Source: a virus. From it: 53,360 bases of DNA. Under the pieces are notes generated by a model. It searched no databases. It was not told the DNA's origin and was given only the letters and a program-made list of their open reading frames with translations. A program made the position numbers and the translations under genes. Positions 23,830 through 32,823 of the stretch are shown here, piece after piece; within the stretch, counting starts at the first letter, position 1, and every line of letters begins with the position of its first letter. The stretch lies in IMG/VR virus record IMGVR_UViG_3300048839_001110, positions 1 to 53,360 of that record. One strand, written 5' to 3'.

Positions 23830-24083
23830 TGGGCCGGCACTTTCCAAGGCTCGGGCGCGAGCGCGCCGACTGGATCGCGCTGGCGCAGCGCACGTCGCTG
23901 CTGCTGTCGCTCGTGCTGATCGCCTGGCTCGCGCACCCGCTGTTTCTCGTGGTCGCGGTCGCCGCCGTGCTCGCCTTCCTGCACGAGCGCGTGGTCTGGC
24001 TGAAGCGCCGCGTCGAGCGGATCGAGGCGCTGCAGGACAATCCGCGGCGGGCGCGGCGCCTGCTGCAGAAGGAGGAGGCATGA
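23826..24083 (+). CDS. Small membrane protein
   Basis: 85 aa with two TM helices. Confidence 0.5.
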   Translation: MMGRHFPRLGRERADWIALAQRTSLLLSLVLIAWLAHPLFLVVAVAAVLAFLHERVVWLKRRVERIEALQDNPRRARRLLQKEEA

Positions 24084-24250
24084 TCGACCTTTCGACGGTG
24101 CGCGATGCGGCGGTCATCGTGCTGTGCGTGACGGCGACCTATGCGCTGATCCCGCTGACCTATGCGCTGCGGGATCTCGCGGACGTTGCGCATGCCATGC
24201 TCGACGAGGCGCGCGGGCGGGCTGGCAACAAATTCGGAGAGGGCGGGTGA
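24080..24250 (+). CDS. Small membrane protein
   Basis: 56 aa. GGAGGAGG RBS and one TM helix. Confidence 0.45.
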   Translation: MIDLSTVRDAAVIVLCVTATYALIPLTYALRDLADVAHAMLDEARGRAGNKFGEGG

Positions 24251-24504
24251 TGCTGTTCGGACCGCACGGGCAGCCCCTCCAGTCGGGCGCAGTGCGCACC
24301 TGCCGCGGCTGCGGCTGCACGGATCTCAACGCCTGCCAGATCGAGGTCACGACGCCGGAAGGCCCGCAAGTCGTCGGCTGCGCCTGGGTGCTGCTGGATA
24401 TCGGCGCACCGAGCGGCGTGTGCAGCAGCTGCGCCGAGGCGCTCGGCTGGCAGCCGCGGCTGCTGGCGATGGTCGGGCTGGAGGACATCGACGATGCCGC
24501 CTGA
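24250..24504 (+). CDS. Small Cys-rich protein
   Basis: 84 aa. CRGCGC...C...C...CSSC suggests metal binding. Confidence 0.45.
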   Translation: MLFGPHGQPLQSGAVRTCRGCGCTDLNACQIEVTTPEGPQVVGCAWVLLDIGAPSGVCSSCAEALGWQPRLLAMVGLEDIDDAA

Positions 24505-24904
24505 CGATCGCGCTGGCGCAGGGCCTCTCGATCCGGACCGCCTGCCGCTGTTCATCGACGATCGCGAGCTGCACCGCCGGATCAATCCGCGGCTCGGCGA
24601 GGATCGCTTCCGGGCCGCGATCCGCCGGATGGAGGCAGAGGGTTTTCCCCAGGTTAGTGCTTTGTGGGGTGGGCGATACTGGCGTGGCGTTGTTGCGTGG
24701 CTTGACGACAGGAACGGAGTCGGCGGCAATGCGGCAATCATCGACGCCCAGGACGGGCCGGAAACCTTCGATGCCCCCCAGAGGCGACAGGCCGGGGTTC
24801 AAGCGCGGCCGCCACGGTCTGCCGTACTGGATCGCCCGGCAGGTCGTGCGGGATCCGATGGATTTCCCCGACAGGTGCATCCCGCTCCCGCCCGACGCGG
24901 ATGA
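24494..24904 (+). CDS. Small DNA-binding protein; recombination directionality factor candidate
   Basis: The ORF immediately precedes and overlaps the integrase gene. LPLFIDDRELHRRINP...GFPQVSALWGGRYWRGVVAWLD. The true 3' end is uncertain. Confidence 0.35.
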   Translation: MPPDDRAGAGPLDPDRLPLFIDDRELHRRINPRLGEDRFRAAIRRMEAEGFPQVSALWGGRYWRGVVAWLDDRNGVGGNAAIIDAQDGPETFDAPQRRQAGVQARPPRSAVLDRPAGRAGSDGFPRQVHPAPARRG

Positions 24905-26063
24905 CGCGACGCTGGCGGCCCTCTGCCGCGAGCATTCCGCCCGCCTGATGGCGTGGATCGACGAGCGCAGGAAGCCTGACGACGACGGCGCGCCGGCGCA
25001 GCTCACGCGCTATGACGGCACCATGCGAGCCGCCTGCCGCATCTATCAGGAGCATCCGCTCTCGCGCTTCCACAAGGTGAAGTCGAACACACGGCGCACC
25101 TATACCGACAGCCTGAAGGTCATCGAGACCACCGTTGGCGCGCGGCTGATCCGCAACGTCACGATCCTCGACGCGCAGCACTGGTATGACAATTGGCGGC
25201 TGCCGGCCGAGCCAGGCGGGCCCGAACGCGTCGACCGCGCGCATGACGCGATCTCGATGGTCAAGACCGTGCTGCGGTTCAACGCGGCGCTGCGGCGCAA
25301 TGACTGCAAGCAGCTGCTCGAGGACCTGAAGAACGCGACCAGCATGCTGACCTTCGAGCGCGGCGGTGCGCGCGAGGAGGAGATGACCTATGCGCAGGCC
25401 GGCGCCTTCGTGCGCAAGGCGCTCGAGATCGGCCGCACCGGCGTGATGCCGCCGGAGCGCGCGCGCTCGATGGCGATCGGCGTCGCCGCACAGTTCGAGC
25501 TGCTGCTGCGCCAGAAGGACGTCATCGGCGAGCGGCCGAAGACCGCGGCCGACATCGAGAAGGCGGTCAAGCGCGGCGCAACGGCGATCGATTGCGGCGG
25601 CCAGATCTGGACCGGCTATTTCACCTGGGAGAATATTCCCGGCTGGCGCTGGCGCATGCGGACGTCGAAGTCGAAATACCGCTCGGCCGCCGATTTCGAT
25701 TTGCAGAATTATTCGCTGCTCTTCCCGCTGCTGGACAGCGTGCCGCATGGCGAGCGCCAGGGCGCGATCGTGACCGGCGAGCATGGCTATGCCGTGCAGG
25801 AGCGCTCCTACCGGAAATGGTTCCGGGCGATCGCGCGGGCGGCCGGAATCCCGGACGAGGTCTGGAGCATGGACAGCCGCGCCGGGGGGCTGACCGAGGC
25901 CGAGGAAGCCGGCGTCGACATCGAGCTGATCAAGGACGCAGCCACCCATACGCGGCGCGACACCACCGTCCGCTACATCCGCCGCCGCGCCGCCAAGATC
26001 GCCATGGTGCAAGTCGCCCGCAACGCCAAGCGGGTATCCGACAGTGGCGACGGAACGACGTAA
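24771..26063 (+). CDS. int: Tyrosine integrase
   Basis: 430 aa from the ATG at 24771. The C-terminal region ...SMDSRAGGLTEAEEAGVDIELIKDAATHTRRDTTVRYIRR carries R...H-x-x-R...Y. Lies directly upstream of the tRNA-derived attP. Confidence 0.8.
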   Translation: MPPRGDRPGFKRGRHGLPYWIARQVVRDPMDFPDRCIPLPPDADDATLAALCREHSARLMAWIDERRKPDDDGAPAQLTRYDGTMRAACRIYQEHPLSRFHKVKSNTRRTYTDSLKVIETTVGARLIRNVTILDAQHWYDNWRLPAEPGGPERVDRAHDAISMVKTVLRFNAALRRNDCKQLLEDLKNATSMLTFERGGAREEEMTYAQAGAFVRKALEIGRTGVMPPERARSMAIGVAAQFELLLRQKDVIGERPKTAADIEKAVKRGATAIDCGGQIWTGYFTWENIPGWRWRMRTSKSKYRSAADFDLQNYSLLFPLLDSVPHGERQGAIVTGEHGYAVQERSYRKWFRAIARAAGIPDEVWSMDSRAGGLTEAEEAGVDIELIKDAATHTRRDTTVRYIRRRAAKIAMVQVARNAKRVSDSGDGTT

Positions 26064-26072
26064 GAACCGCCC

Positions 26073-26104
26073 GTCAGAATCGCAGCCGAAAGGTCAGAAT
26101 CGCA
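26073..26104 (+). repeat. Two direct copies of GTCAGAATCGCA (arm-type site candidates)
   Basis: Copies at 26073-26084 and 26093-26104, spaced 20 bp start to start. Confidence 0.7.
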
Positions 26105-26127
26105 TGCAGCAAAAACAGGTAGTTAGA

Positions 26128-26158
26128 TGGTCGGGGCAGCAGGATTTGAACCTGCGAC
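26128..26158 (-). other. 3' fragment of a tRNA gene (T-arm, acceptor 3' strand, CCA); attP core candidate
   Basis: Minus strand reads GTC-GCAGG-TTCAAAT-CCTGC-TGCCCCG-A-CCA. No matching 5' acceptor strand or anticodon arm lies upstream, so this is not a complete tRNA. Confidence 0.7.
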
Positions 26159-26178
26159 AAGCCGTTGATTCTGCTCAA

Positions 26179-26265
26179 TGCGATTCTTACGAGGCCCGGC
26201 CGCGGCCGGTCTCAATCCCTTACAATGGGGCGTCAGGCGCGGCAAGGCGGCGGTGCGATTCTGAC
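26179..26265 (-). repeat. Two inverted copies of the 12-mer
   Basis: TGCGATTCTTAC at 26179-26190 (11/12 match) and TGCGATTCTGAC at 26254-26265 (12/12 reverse complement). Confidence 0.65.
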
Positions 26266-26285
26266 ATTGCGCGGAGGGCCGCGCG

Positions 26286-26555
26286 ATGAAGAACAAGCTT
26301 TCCGATCTCAACGACCATCTGTTCGCCCAGATCGAACGCCTGGCCGACGAAGATCTGACGCCGGAACAGATCGACGTGGAGGCGCGTCGTGGTGCGGCGA
26401 TCGTCGCCGTGGCGGATCAGATCGTCCGCAACGCTGCGCTCCAAGTCCAGGCCGCGAAGATTGCTTTCGACGGCGGCGCCGATCCCGTGCCGTATCTGCC
26501 GACTCCGGCATTGCCCGCGCCCACCATCAAAAACGCGAACGGAAAGCCGTCATGA
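26286..26555 (+). CDS. Hypothetical protein
   Basis: 89-aa ORF. Its stop overlaps the next start. Confidence 0.55.
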   Translation: MKNKLSDLNDHLFAQIERLADEDLTPEQIDVEARRGAAIVAVADQIVRNAALQVQAAKIAFDGGADPVPYLPTPALPAPTIKNANGKPS

Positions 26556-27204
26556 AGGGGCACCCGTTCCGCTATTCCAAGGCCGAGCTCGCCTGGCTGA
26601 AGAGGAACCGGCACCTCGTGATCGGCGAATATGTCGATCGCTTTCGCGCGCGGTTTGGTCGCCGCGACGTCACCAAGAAAGCGCTGCATGCGCTTCGAAA
26701 CGCAAAGGCTGGAAGACGGGACGCACCGGTTGTTTTCCGAAAGGCAACGTTCCGGCGAACAAGGGCAAGCAGATGCCCTTCAACCCGAACAGAGCGCGGA
26801 CGCAGTTCAAGAAGGGCCACCGCCCGCACACCTATCGCGGCCCGGGCCACGAGTTCATCGGCAAGGACGGCTATGTCGTGCTGATCGTCGCGGAAACGAA
26901 CCCGCATACAGGCGCGGCGACGCGCCCGGTCCAGAAGCACAAATGGCATTGGGAACGGGTCAACGGACCAGTCCCCGACGGTCACGCCCTGAAGTGCCTA
27001 GATGGCAACAGGACGAATTGCGATCCGGCGAACTGGGTGGCGGTGCCGCGCGCGCTGCTGCCGCGACTCGCGGGGCGATGGACCGTCGCCTACGACGCCG
27101 CGCCACCCGAACTCAAAGCAACCCTTCTTGCCGTTGCCAAGCTCGAGCACAGCCTCCGCGAAACGCAACGCAGCCGATCGTCGTCCAAGGAGCGCACTCG
27201 ATGA
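26552..27204 (+). pseudogene. HNH_3-type endonuclease split by a -1 frame change near 26690-26705
   Basis: The N-terminus MKGHPFRYSKAELAWLKRN... is in one frame, which stops at 26884. The core KRKGWKTGRTGCFPKGNVPANKGK...WHWERVNGPVPDG...LDGNRTNCDPANW is in the -1 frame ending at 27204. Confidence 0.55.
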
Positions 27205-29003
27205 CCACCCATCCCATCCCCGCGGCGGCGCTCGACGATCGCCTCGGCTTCACCGGCACTGCCGGCAGCGGCAAGACCTACAATGCCGGCTCGGCGGCCG
27301 AGCGGCTGCTGGCCGCGAAGAAGCGAGTCGTCATTCCCGATCCGCTCGGCGTGTGGTGGGGCCTGCGGCTCGACGCCGACGGCAAGGGCAAGGGCTTCGA
27401 CATCGTCATCTTCGGCGGGCCGCATGGCGACCTGCCGCTGACCGAGCAGGCCGGCGCGCTGATCGGCGAGACCGTCGCCGGCATGGCCGAGAGCTGCATC
27501 CTCGATCTGTCCGAGCTCGGCACCAAGGCGGCCGAGCGGCGCTTCATGCTCGCGTTCCTGACCGCGCTCTACCGCAAGGCCTCCGGCGAGCCCGTGCATG
27601 TGATCTTCGACGAGGCCGACATGTGGGCGCCGCAGCGCCTGAATGACCGCGACGGCGACGCTGCGCGGCTGCTCGGCATGATGGAGACGATCGTCCGGCG
27701 CGGCCGCGTCAAGGGCTTCATCCCCTGGCTGATCACGCAGCGGCCGGCGGTGCTGTCGAAGGACGTGCTGAGCCAGGTCGACGGCCTGGTCTCGTTCAAG
27801 CTGACCAGCTCGCAGGACCGCGATGCGATCGGCAACTGGGTCGAGGGCCAGGCCGACAAGTCGAAGTGGCGGGAGATCTGGGCGTCGATGCCGACGCTCG
27901 AGCGCGGCCAGGGCGTGATCTGGCTGCCCAGCCGCGGCATCCTGCGCACGGCGTCCTTCCCGAAAAAGGCGACGTTCGACAGCTCGGCGACGCCGAAGCG
28001 CGGCGAGAAGCGCAAGGCCGGGGCGCAGCTGAAGCCGCTCAACCTCGACAGGCTGAAGGAGCGGCTCTCCAATGTGCAGGTCGAGGCCGCGCATAACGAT
28101 CCGAAGATGCTGCGCCAGGCGCTCGTGCAGAAGAACCTCGAGCTCGCCGAGCTGCGCAAGCAGATGGCCGATGCCGCAGCGAAGAAGGTGGTCGCCGACC
28201 CGGACGCCATCAAGAAGGCGGAGGAGCGCGGCTTCGAGCAGGCGAAGAAGAAGCTCGCCGCGGCCGCGAAGCGCGAGCTGAACGAGGCGCGCAAGAAAGC
28301 GCTGCTCGGCGTGCGCGGTTACGTCTCGGCGCTGGTCGATACCGTCGATGCCGATCTCGCCGAGATCCGCAAGGAGCGGGCCGCGCTCGAGATCGAATTC
28401 TCGCCGCCGCTGTTCAAGGTCGATCCGGCCGGGTCGGCATCGCGCGCAATCCCTCCCCGGCCCGCGCCAGGCGTCCCGCCCCGAACGCCTTCGCGCGCCA
28501 AGCTGACGGTGCCGGCCGGAATTGCCATCGACGCCACCGTGCCGGGCAGGCTCCCCAAGGGCGAACGCGCCTGCCTGGTCGCGATCGCGCTGCGCGAGGG
28601 CGGCGCCACCCGCGAAATGCTCACCGTCCTGACCGGCTACAAGCGCTCGGCGCGGGACACCTATCTGCAGCGGCTCGGCGCCGCCGGGCTGGTCGCACGC
28701 GAGGGCGAGCGCTTCATCGCGACCGAGGCGGGCATCGCCGCCCTCGGCGACGATTACGAGCCGCTGCCGACCGGCCGCGCGCTGCAGGAGCATTATTCCC
28801 GCACGCTGCCGCAGGGCGAGTGGCGCGTGCTGCAGGTGCTGCTGGACCAATATCCGAACGGCGTCGCGCGCGAGCAGATCGACGAACTCACCGGCTACAA
28901 GCGCTCCGCCCGCGACACCTATCTGCAGCGGCTGTCTGCCCGCGAGCTCGTCGCCACCGAAGGCCGCGGCGCCGTGCGCGCGTCCGCCAACCTGTTCGAT
29001 TGA
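27201..29003 (+). CDS. P-loop NTPase (HerA/FtsK-like) with a coiled coil and two C-terminal winged-helix repeats
   Basis: 600 aa. Walker A GTAGSGKT and Walker B HVIFDEAD. A Lys/Ala/Glu-rich coiled region follows. The module LTGYKRSARDTYLQRL occurs twice. Confidence 0.65.
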   Translation: MTTHPIPAAALDDRLGFTGTAGSGKTYNAGSAAERLLAAKKRVVIPDPLGVWWGLRLDADGKGKGFDIVIFGGPHGDLPLTEQAGALIGETVAGMAESCILDLSELGTKAAERRFMLAFLTALYRKASGEPVHVIFDEADMWAPQRLNDRDGDAARLLGMMETIVRRGRVKGFIPWLITQRPAVLSKDVLSQVDGLVSFKLTSSQDRDAIGNWVEGQADKSKWREIWASMPTLERGQGVIWLPSRGILRTASFPKKATFDSSATPKRGEKRKAGAQLKPLNLDRLKERLSNVQVEAAHNDPKMLRQALVQKNLELAELRKQMADAAAKKVVADPDAIKKAEERGFEQAKKKLAAAAKRELNEARKKALLGVRGYVSALVDTVDADLAEIRKERAALEIEFSPPLFKVDPAGSASRAIPPRPAPGVPPRTPSRAKLTVPAGIAIDATVPGRLPKGERACLVAIALREGGATREMLTVLTGYKRSARDTYLQRLGAAGLVAREGERFIATEAGIAALGDDYEPLPTGRALQEHYSRTLPQGEWRVLQVLLDQYPNGVAREQIDELTGYKRSARDTYLQRLSARELVATEGRGAVRASANLFD

Positions 29004-29010
29004 GGGCGCC

Positions 29011-29232
29011 ATGACCCACCAGGTGCGCCTCGAGCGCAAATACGAGGACTTCCGCGACGACGCGATCGCCGTGCTGCGCACGTCGCCACGAACGCAGGAC
29101 CCGGTCGTGATCGCCGTGGTCTCGATGCACCCCGGCAAGAGCGGGCAATGGATCCTCGCCGACGGGCAGGATCCGCTGATCGTGGCGCAGCGGCTGCGGC
29201 TCTGCGCCGACATTCTGGAGGCGCAACCGTGA
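29011..29232 (+). CDS. Hypothetical protein
   Basis: 73-aa ORF. Confidence 0.5.
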   Translation: MTHQVRLERKYEDFRDDAIAVLRTSPRTQDPVVIAVVSMHPGKSGQWILADGQDPLIVAQRLRLCADILEAQP

Positions 29233-29450
29233 CCGACAGCCCCCTGCCCTTCAAGCTGCCGCCGAGCGATCTCTACGAGCAGATCGCAAAATCGCACCCC
29301 TCGCTGCTCGCCGGCCGCGTCATCTGCGGCAAGTGCTGCGCGACCCGCACGGTCGATGCCGCGGCCTGCCTGCGCCACGGCTGGCCGAAATGCGATTGCG
29401 GCGGCGGCACGATGGGGCTCGCCACGACCAAGAAGGAGAAGGGAAAATGA
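29229..29450 (+). CDS. Small Cys-rich (zinc-ribbon-like) protein
   Basis: 73 aa from a GTG overlapping the upstream stop. CGKCC...C...CDCGG. Confidence 0.45.
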   Translation: MTDSPLPFKLPPSDLYEQIAKSHPSLLAGRVICGKCCATRTVDAAACLRHGWPKCDCGGGTMGLATTKKEKGK

Positions 29451-29671
29451 AGATCACGCTGGAGCCGACCGGCATCGTCGAGCGCGTGCAGGGCACGCCC
29501 TGCCGCAAGTGGATCGGCGCGACCGACACCGGCACGCCGGTGCATGCCTGGATCGCAGTCGTGCAGCCGCAGACGCACGATGCCGCGGCGCTCGCCGAAT
29601 TCGAGCGCGCGCTGCGCGAGGTGAAGCTGGAGCGACAGCTGGTCTCCATCGATTATCGGCTGGTGATCTGA
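29447..29671 (+). CDS. Hypothetical protein
   Basis: 74 aa with an ATGA overlap. Confidence 0.5.
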   Translation: MKITLEPTGIVERVQGTPCRKWIGATDTGTPVHAWIAVVQPQTHDAAALAEFERALREVKLERQLVSIDYRLVI

Positions 29672-29814
29672 TGGCACGGCAACGCCCCGTCCGCGTGCCC
29701 TTCGACGAGCTCGGCGTGCTGGTCAAATTTCGCCGCCGGCGCAAGCCCGACATCGCGCTCCAGCGCAAGCGCTACTGGAAGATCCTTGAATCGCTGCGGA
29801 GGAAGGAACGATGA
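29671..29814 (+). CDS. Very small basic protein
   Basis: 47 aa. Confidence 0.35.
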   Translation: MARQRPVRVPFDELGVLVKFRRRRKPDIALQRKRYWKILESLRRKER

Positions 29815-30059
29815 GCGACCGCTGCATCTCGCAGGACTACGAGCTGCGCGGACACGCCTTCGAGGTCTGGACCGACGGTCACGCTAATCCCGGCCTGTAT
29901 CCGAACTGGTGGTTGGTCATTCGTGCTGACGCCGCCGGCCTGCCCGCCCTGCCGCGCAACACGGTCCTCACCGGCGAGGAAGCCGGCTTCGAGCCGCCGC
30001 TGAGCGCAAAAGAAATTGAGCACATCGGCCAATATGTCGCCGACTGGCTTACGGATTGA
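29811..30059 (+). CDS. Hypothetical protein
   Basis: 82 aa. Confidence 0.5.
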   Translation: MSDRCISQDYELRGHAFEVWTDGHANPGLYPNWWLVIRADAAGLPALPRNTVLTGEEAGFEPPLSAKEIEHIGQYVADWLTD

Positions 30060-30066
30060 GGACACC

Positions 30067-30543
30067 ATGAAAGCCTTCACCGTCTGGCAGCCCTGGGCGT
30101 CGCTGATCATGGTCGGCGCCAAGCCGTTCGAGTTCCGGCCAAAGAGCTATCTGCGCTACGTCAACGCGCCGGCGATCGGCGAGCGCGTCGTGATCCAGGC
30201 CGGCGCCCGGCCGGTGAAGCCGGCCGAGGTCGAGGATCTGCTGGCGCGGCTCGGCCGCGACGACGACATGACCGGCCTCGTCGCCGACAAGGCGCGGGCG
30301 CTGCTCGAGCGCGTGAAGGCCGCGCACAAGTATCGCCTGCTGCCGCTCGCGGCCGCGCTCGGCACCGTGCGGCTCGGCAAGCCGCGCAATGCCGGGGCGA
30401 TCTTCACCGGCCTGCCCCACGACAGCGATCGCGGCGACTTCAACTGGGCCTGGCCGATGGAGGATGTGCGCGCGTTCGACGCGCCGATCCCGATGAAGGG
30501 CCAGCAGGGTTTTTTCCAGGTCAACATCCGGGAGGCCGCATGA
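30067..30543 (+). CDS. ASCH-domain protein
   Basis: 158 aa. The N-terminus MKAFTVWQPWASLIMVGAKPFEFR is the classic ASCH opening. Confidence 0.65.
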   Translation: MKAFTVWQPWASLIMVGAKPFEFRPKSYLRYVNAPAIGERVVIQAGARPVKPAEVEDLLARLGRDDDMTGLVADKARALLERVKAAHKYRLLPLAAALGTVRLGKPRNAGAIFTGLPHDSDRGDFNWAWPMEDVRAFDAPIPMKGQQGFFQVNIREAA

Positions 30544-31670
30544 CGACGATCGAATGGTGCCGCAATGCCGACGGCTCGCAGGGCGTGACGTGGAATCCAA
30601 TCCGCGCGCGCCATCGCGAGACCGGCAAGCGCGGCTGGTTCTGCGTGCACGCGAGCGAGGGCTGCCGCTTCTGCTATTCGGAATGGCAGAACATGAAGGG
30701 CGGCGACAGCGGCGGCAACGGCCTTGCCTATGCCGCGCAGAATCTCGCCAAGGTCGAGGTCTACCTGGACGAAAAGACGCTGCTGGCGCCGCTCTCGTGG
30801 AAGAAGCCGCGGACGATCTTCGTCTGCTCGATGACGGACCTGTTCGGCGAGTTCGTGCCCGACGCATGGATCGACCGCATCTTCGCCGTGATGGCGCTCA
30901 CGCCGCACACCTTCCAGGTGCTGACGAAGCGCAGCGAGAGGATGCGGGATTATTGCAAGACGTTGGGCCGTCACCATTCGGTCGATCGGGTTAGTGTTGC
31001 CATCAAGGCCATCGTCGAAGCCGGACACGCCGCGGCGGATGTTGGCTCTTGGTACACGCTGCATGATGGAGGCGCGTTCTTCGACAATATATGGCTCGGC
31101 GTCTCCGCCGAACGCCAGCAGGAAGCGGACGAGCGCATTCCGCATCTCCTGCAGACGCCGGCGGCGATCCGGTTCGTGTCGTGCGAGCCACTGCTGGGCC
31201 CGATCGCTCTGACAGAAATTCGTGGCCGGAACGCAAATGGTCACGAGTGGATGTTCGATGCGCTGAGGCCCGATGTATCGCCCGATGACGGGGCGGTTTC
31301 GCTCGACTGGATCATCTGCGGCGGCGAATCCGGCAAGGATGCCCGCCCCATGCACCCGGACTGGGCGCGTTCGCTGCGCGATCAATGCGTGGCCGCCGGC
31401 GTGCCGTTCTTCTTCAAGCAATGGGGCGAGTGGGCGCCGGGCGAATGCGCGGACGGCCCGCAGACCCGCACCGAGCGCGTGGCCTACCTGTTCGACAACA
31501 ACTGGGACTTCGGGCGACTCACGCCGCGGGCGAGCGAGGAAACGCACCGGGACGACGCGCCGGATGTCTTCAGGCTCGGCAACAAGAAGGCGGGCCGCCA
31601 TCTCGACGGCAGGATCCACGACGCCATGCCGGCGCGCGCAAGCGCCTCGCGCCAAGGAGAAGCCGCATGA
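30540..31670 (+). CDS. Phage Gp37/Gp68 family protein (DUF5131)
   Basis: 376 aa. TIEWC...WNP..GC...S.GC..CY, then ...FVCSMTDLF, IWLGVS.E, RFVSCEPLLGPI, DWIICGGESG...ARPMHPDW and PFFFKQWGEW. Confidence 0.75.
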   Translation: MTTIEWCRNADGSQGVTWNPIRARHRETGKRGWFCVHASEGCRFCYSEWQNMKGGDSGGNGLAYAAQNLAKVEVYLDEKTLLAPLSWKKPRTIFVCSMTDLFGEFVPDAWIDRIFAVMALTPHTFQVLTKRSERMRDYCKTLGRHHSVDRVSVAIKAIVEAGHAAADVGSWYTLHDGGAFFDNIWLGVSAERQQEADERIPHLLQTPAAIRFVSCEPLLGPIALTEIRGRNANGHEWMFDALRPDVSPDDGAVSLDWIICGGESGKDARPMHPDWARSLRDQCVAAGVPFFFKQWGEWAPGECADGPQTRTERVAYLFDNNWDFGRLTPRASEETHRDDAPDVFRLGNKKAGRHLDGRIHDAMPARASASRQGEAA

Positions 31671-31762
31671 AGGACTTTGCCCTGGCGGCGATCGGCAGCG
31701 TCTTGCTGGCCAGCCGCACGATCTGGAAATGGTTCAAGCGCCGGCGAAGTCGGAAGCGTTAA
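31667..31762 (+). CDS. Possible 31-aa membrane peptide
   Basis: The ATG overlaps the upstream stop. One hydrophobic helix plus a basic tail. Confidence 0.3.
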   Translation: MKDFALAAIGSVLLASRTIWKWFKRRRSRKR

Positions 31763-31841
31763 CCTAGAGAGGCAAATCGCCGCCGGGCCCGGCGGCCGCG
31801 GCTATCGTGCGCGCCATCCGCATCGCCACCAGCCGGACCGC

Positions 31842-32225
31842 ATGGCCGCCGCCGCAAAGCTCAAGCCGATCGAGGACAAGCCCGTCGAGAAGATGACCCG
31901 CCGGGCGCTCGCCGAGGAGCTCGTCGGATATCACCGCGCGCATCGCGCGATGTTCGAGCGGATGGACGGGCTGAAGGCGCGGCTCAAGCAGCTTGCCACC
32001 GACGACGGCGCCAACTTCAAGGAAGAATTCGCCGGCAACGGCGCGGTCAACGTGGTCGGCGCCAAGGATCCGCAATTCAAGGGCAATCTGCCGGTCCTCG
32101 ATTGCGAGCATTACAACGCCCTGACCAAGGCGAAGCAGGACAAGCTGATCGAAGGCGGCCTCGTGAAGATCGAGGGCCAGTATTCCGGCAAGTCCTACGG
32201 CAGCGTCACGGTCAAGCTGTTCTGA
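31842..32225 (+). CDS. Hypothetical protein
   Basis: 127 aa from an internal ATG. The start is uncertain. Confidence 0.5.
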   Translation: MAAAAKLKPIEDKPVEKMTRRALAEELVGYHRAHRAMFERMDGLKARLKQLATDDGANFKEEFAGNGAVNVVGAKDPQFKGNLPVLDCEHYNALTKAKQDKLIEGGLVKIEGQYSGKSYGSVTVKLF

Positions 32226-32227
32226 CC

Positions 32228-32404
32228 ATGTGTGAGAGAACACCTCCGGCCGCACCCGAGGCCCCGCCCGAAAGCCAGCTCGCCGACTTGATCCGGCGCG
32301 AGCTCGGCATCGACATCGACCGCCGCGCGCTGCGCATCTTCATCCGCGCCCACTGGGACAAGGTCGCCCCGCTCGCCCATCGAATCCACGGAGCCATCAC
32401 ATGA
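32228..32404 (+). CDS. Small hypothetical protein
   Basis: 58 aa. Confidence 0.4.
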   Translation: MCERTPPAAPEAPPESQLADLIRRELGIDIDRRALRIFIRAHWDKVAPLAHRIHGAIT

Positions 32405-32823
32405 TCATGCCGTCGAACGGCCGCATCGTCCTTTTCACGCCGGCGCGATCGGAAGACCGCCCGGTCGCGCAGCACGATCCCGCGCAGCCGCTGGCGGCGA
32501 TCGTCACCCATGTCTGGGGCGAGCGCATGATCAATCTCTGCGCCTTCGATTCCAACGGCCAGCCGCTCGCCTTCACCAGCGTGCCGCTGGTCCAGGACGG
32601 TGATCCGAAGCCCGAAGGCTTCTTCGCCGAGTGGATGCCCTACCAGAAGGGCCAGGCGGCGAAGGCGGAGGAAGCCGAGAAGGCCGCGCGCCAGGCGGCC
32701 GAGGACACGAAGGAAAAGATCGCCGCTGAACTCGCGAAGCAGCAGGCCGCCGCGGCCGCCGCCGAGCAGCCGGCGGAGAAGCAGCCGGACGCCGCCGGCG
32801 AGACGCAGCCCGCCGGCGCATGA
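32401..32823 (+). CDS. Hypothetical protein with an Ala/Glu/Lys-rich tail
   Basis: 140 aa. Confidence 0.55.
   Translation: MIMPSNGRIVLFTPARSEDRPVAQHDPAQPLAAIVTHVWGERMINLCAFDSNGQPLAFTSVPLVQDGDPKPEGFFAEWMPYQKGQAAKAEEAEKAARQAAEDTKEKIAAELAKQQAAAAAAEQPAEKQPDAAGETQPAGA

Larger units (their letters stand above)
26073..26265. other. attP region
   Basis: A tRNA 3'-end core is flanked by two direct and two inverted copies of a 12-mer. The region is ORF-free between int and the next gene. Confidence 0.65.

Noticed and set aside
26128-26200. A complete tRNA gene on the minus strand.
   Set aside because: Only the T-arm, acceptor 3' strand and CCA are present. No CGGGGCA 5' strand, D-arm or anticodon stem can be found upstream. 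I treated it as an attP core fragment.
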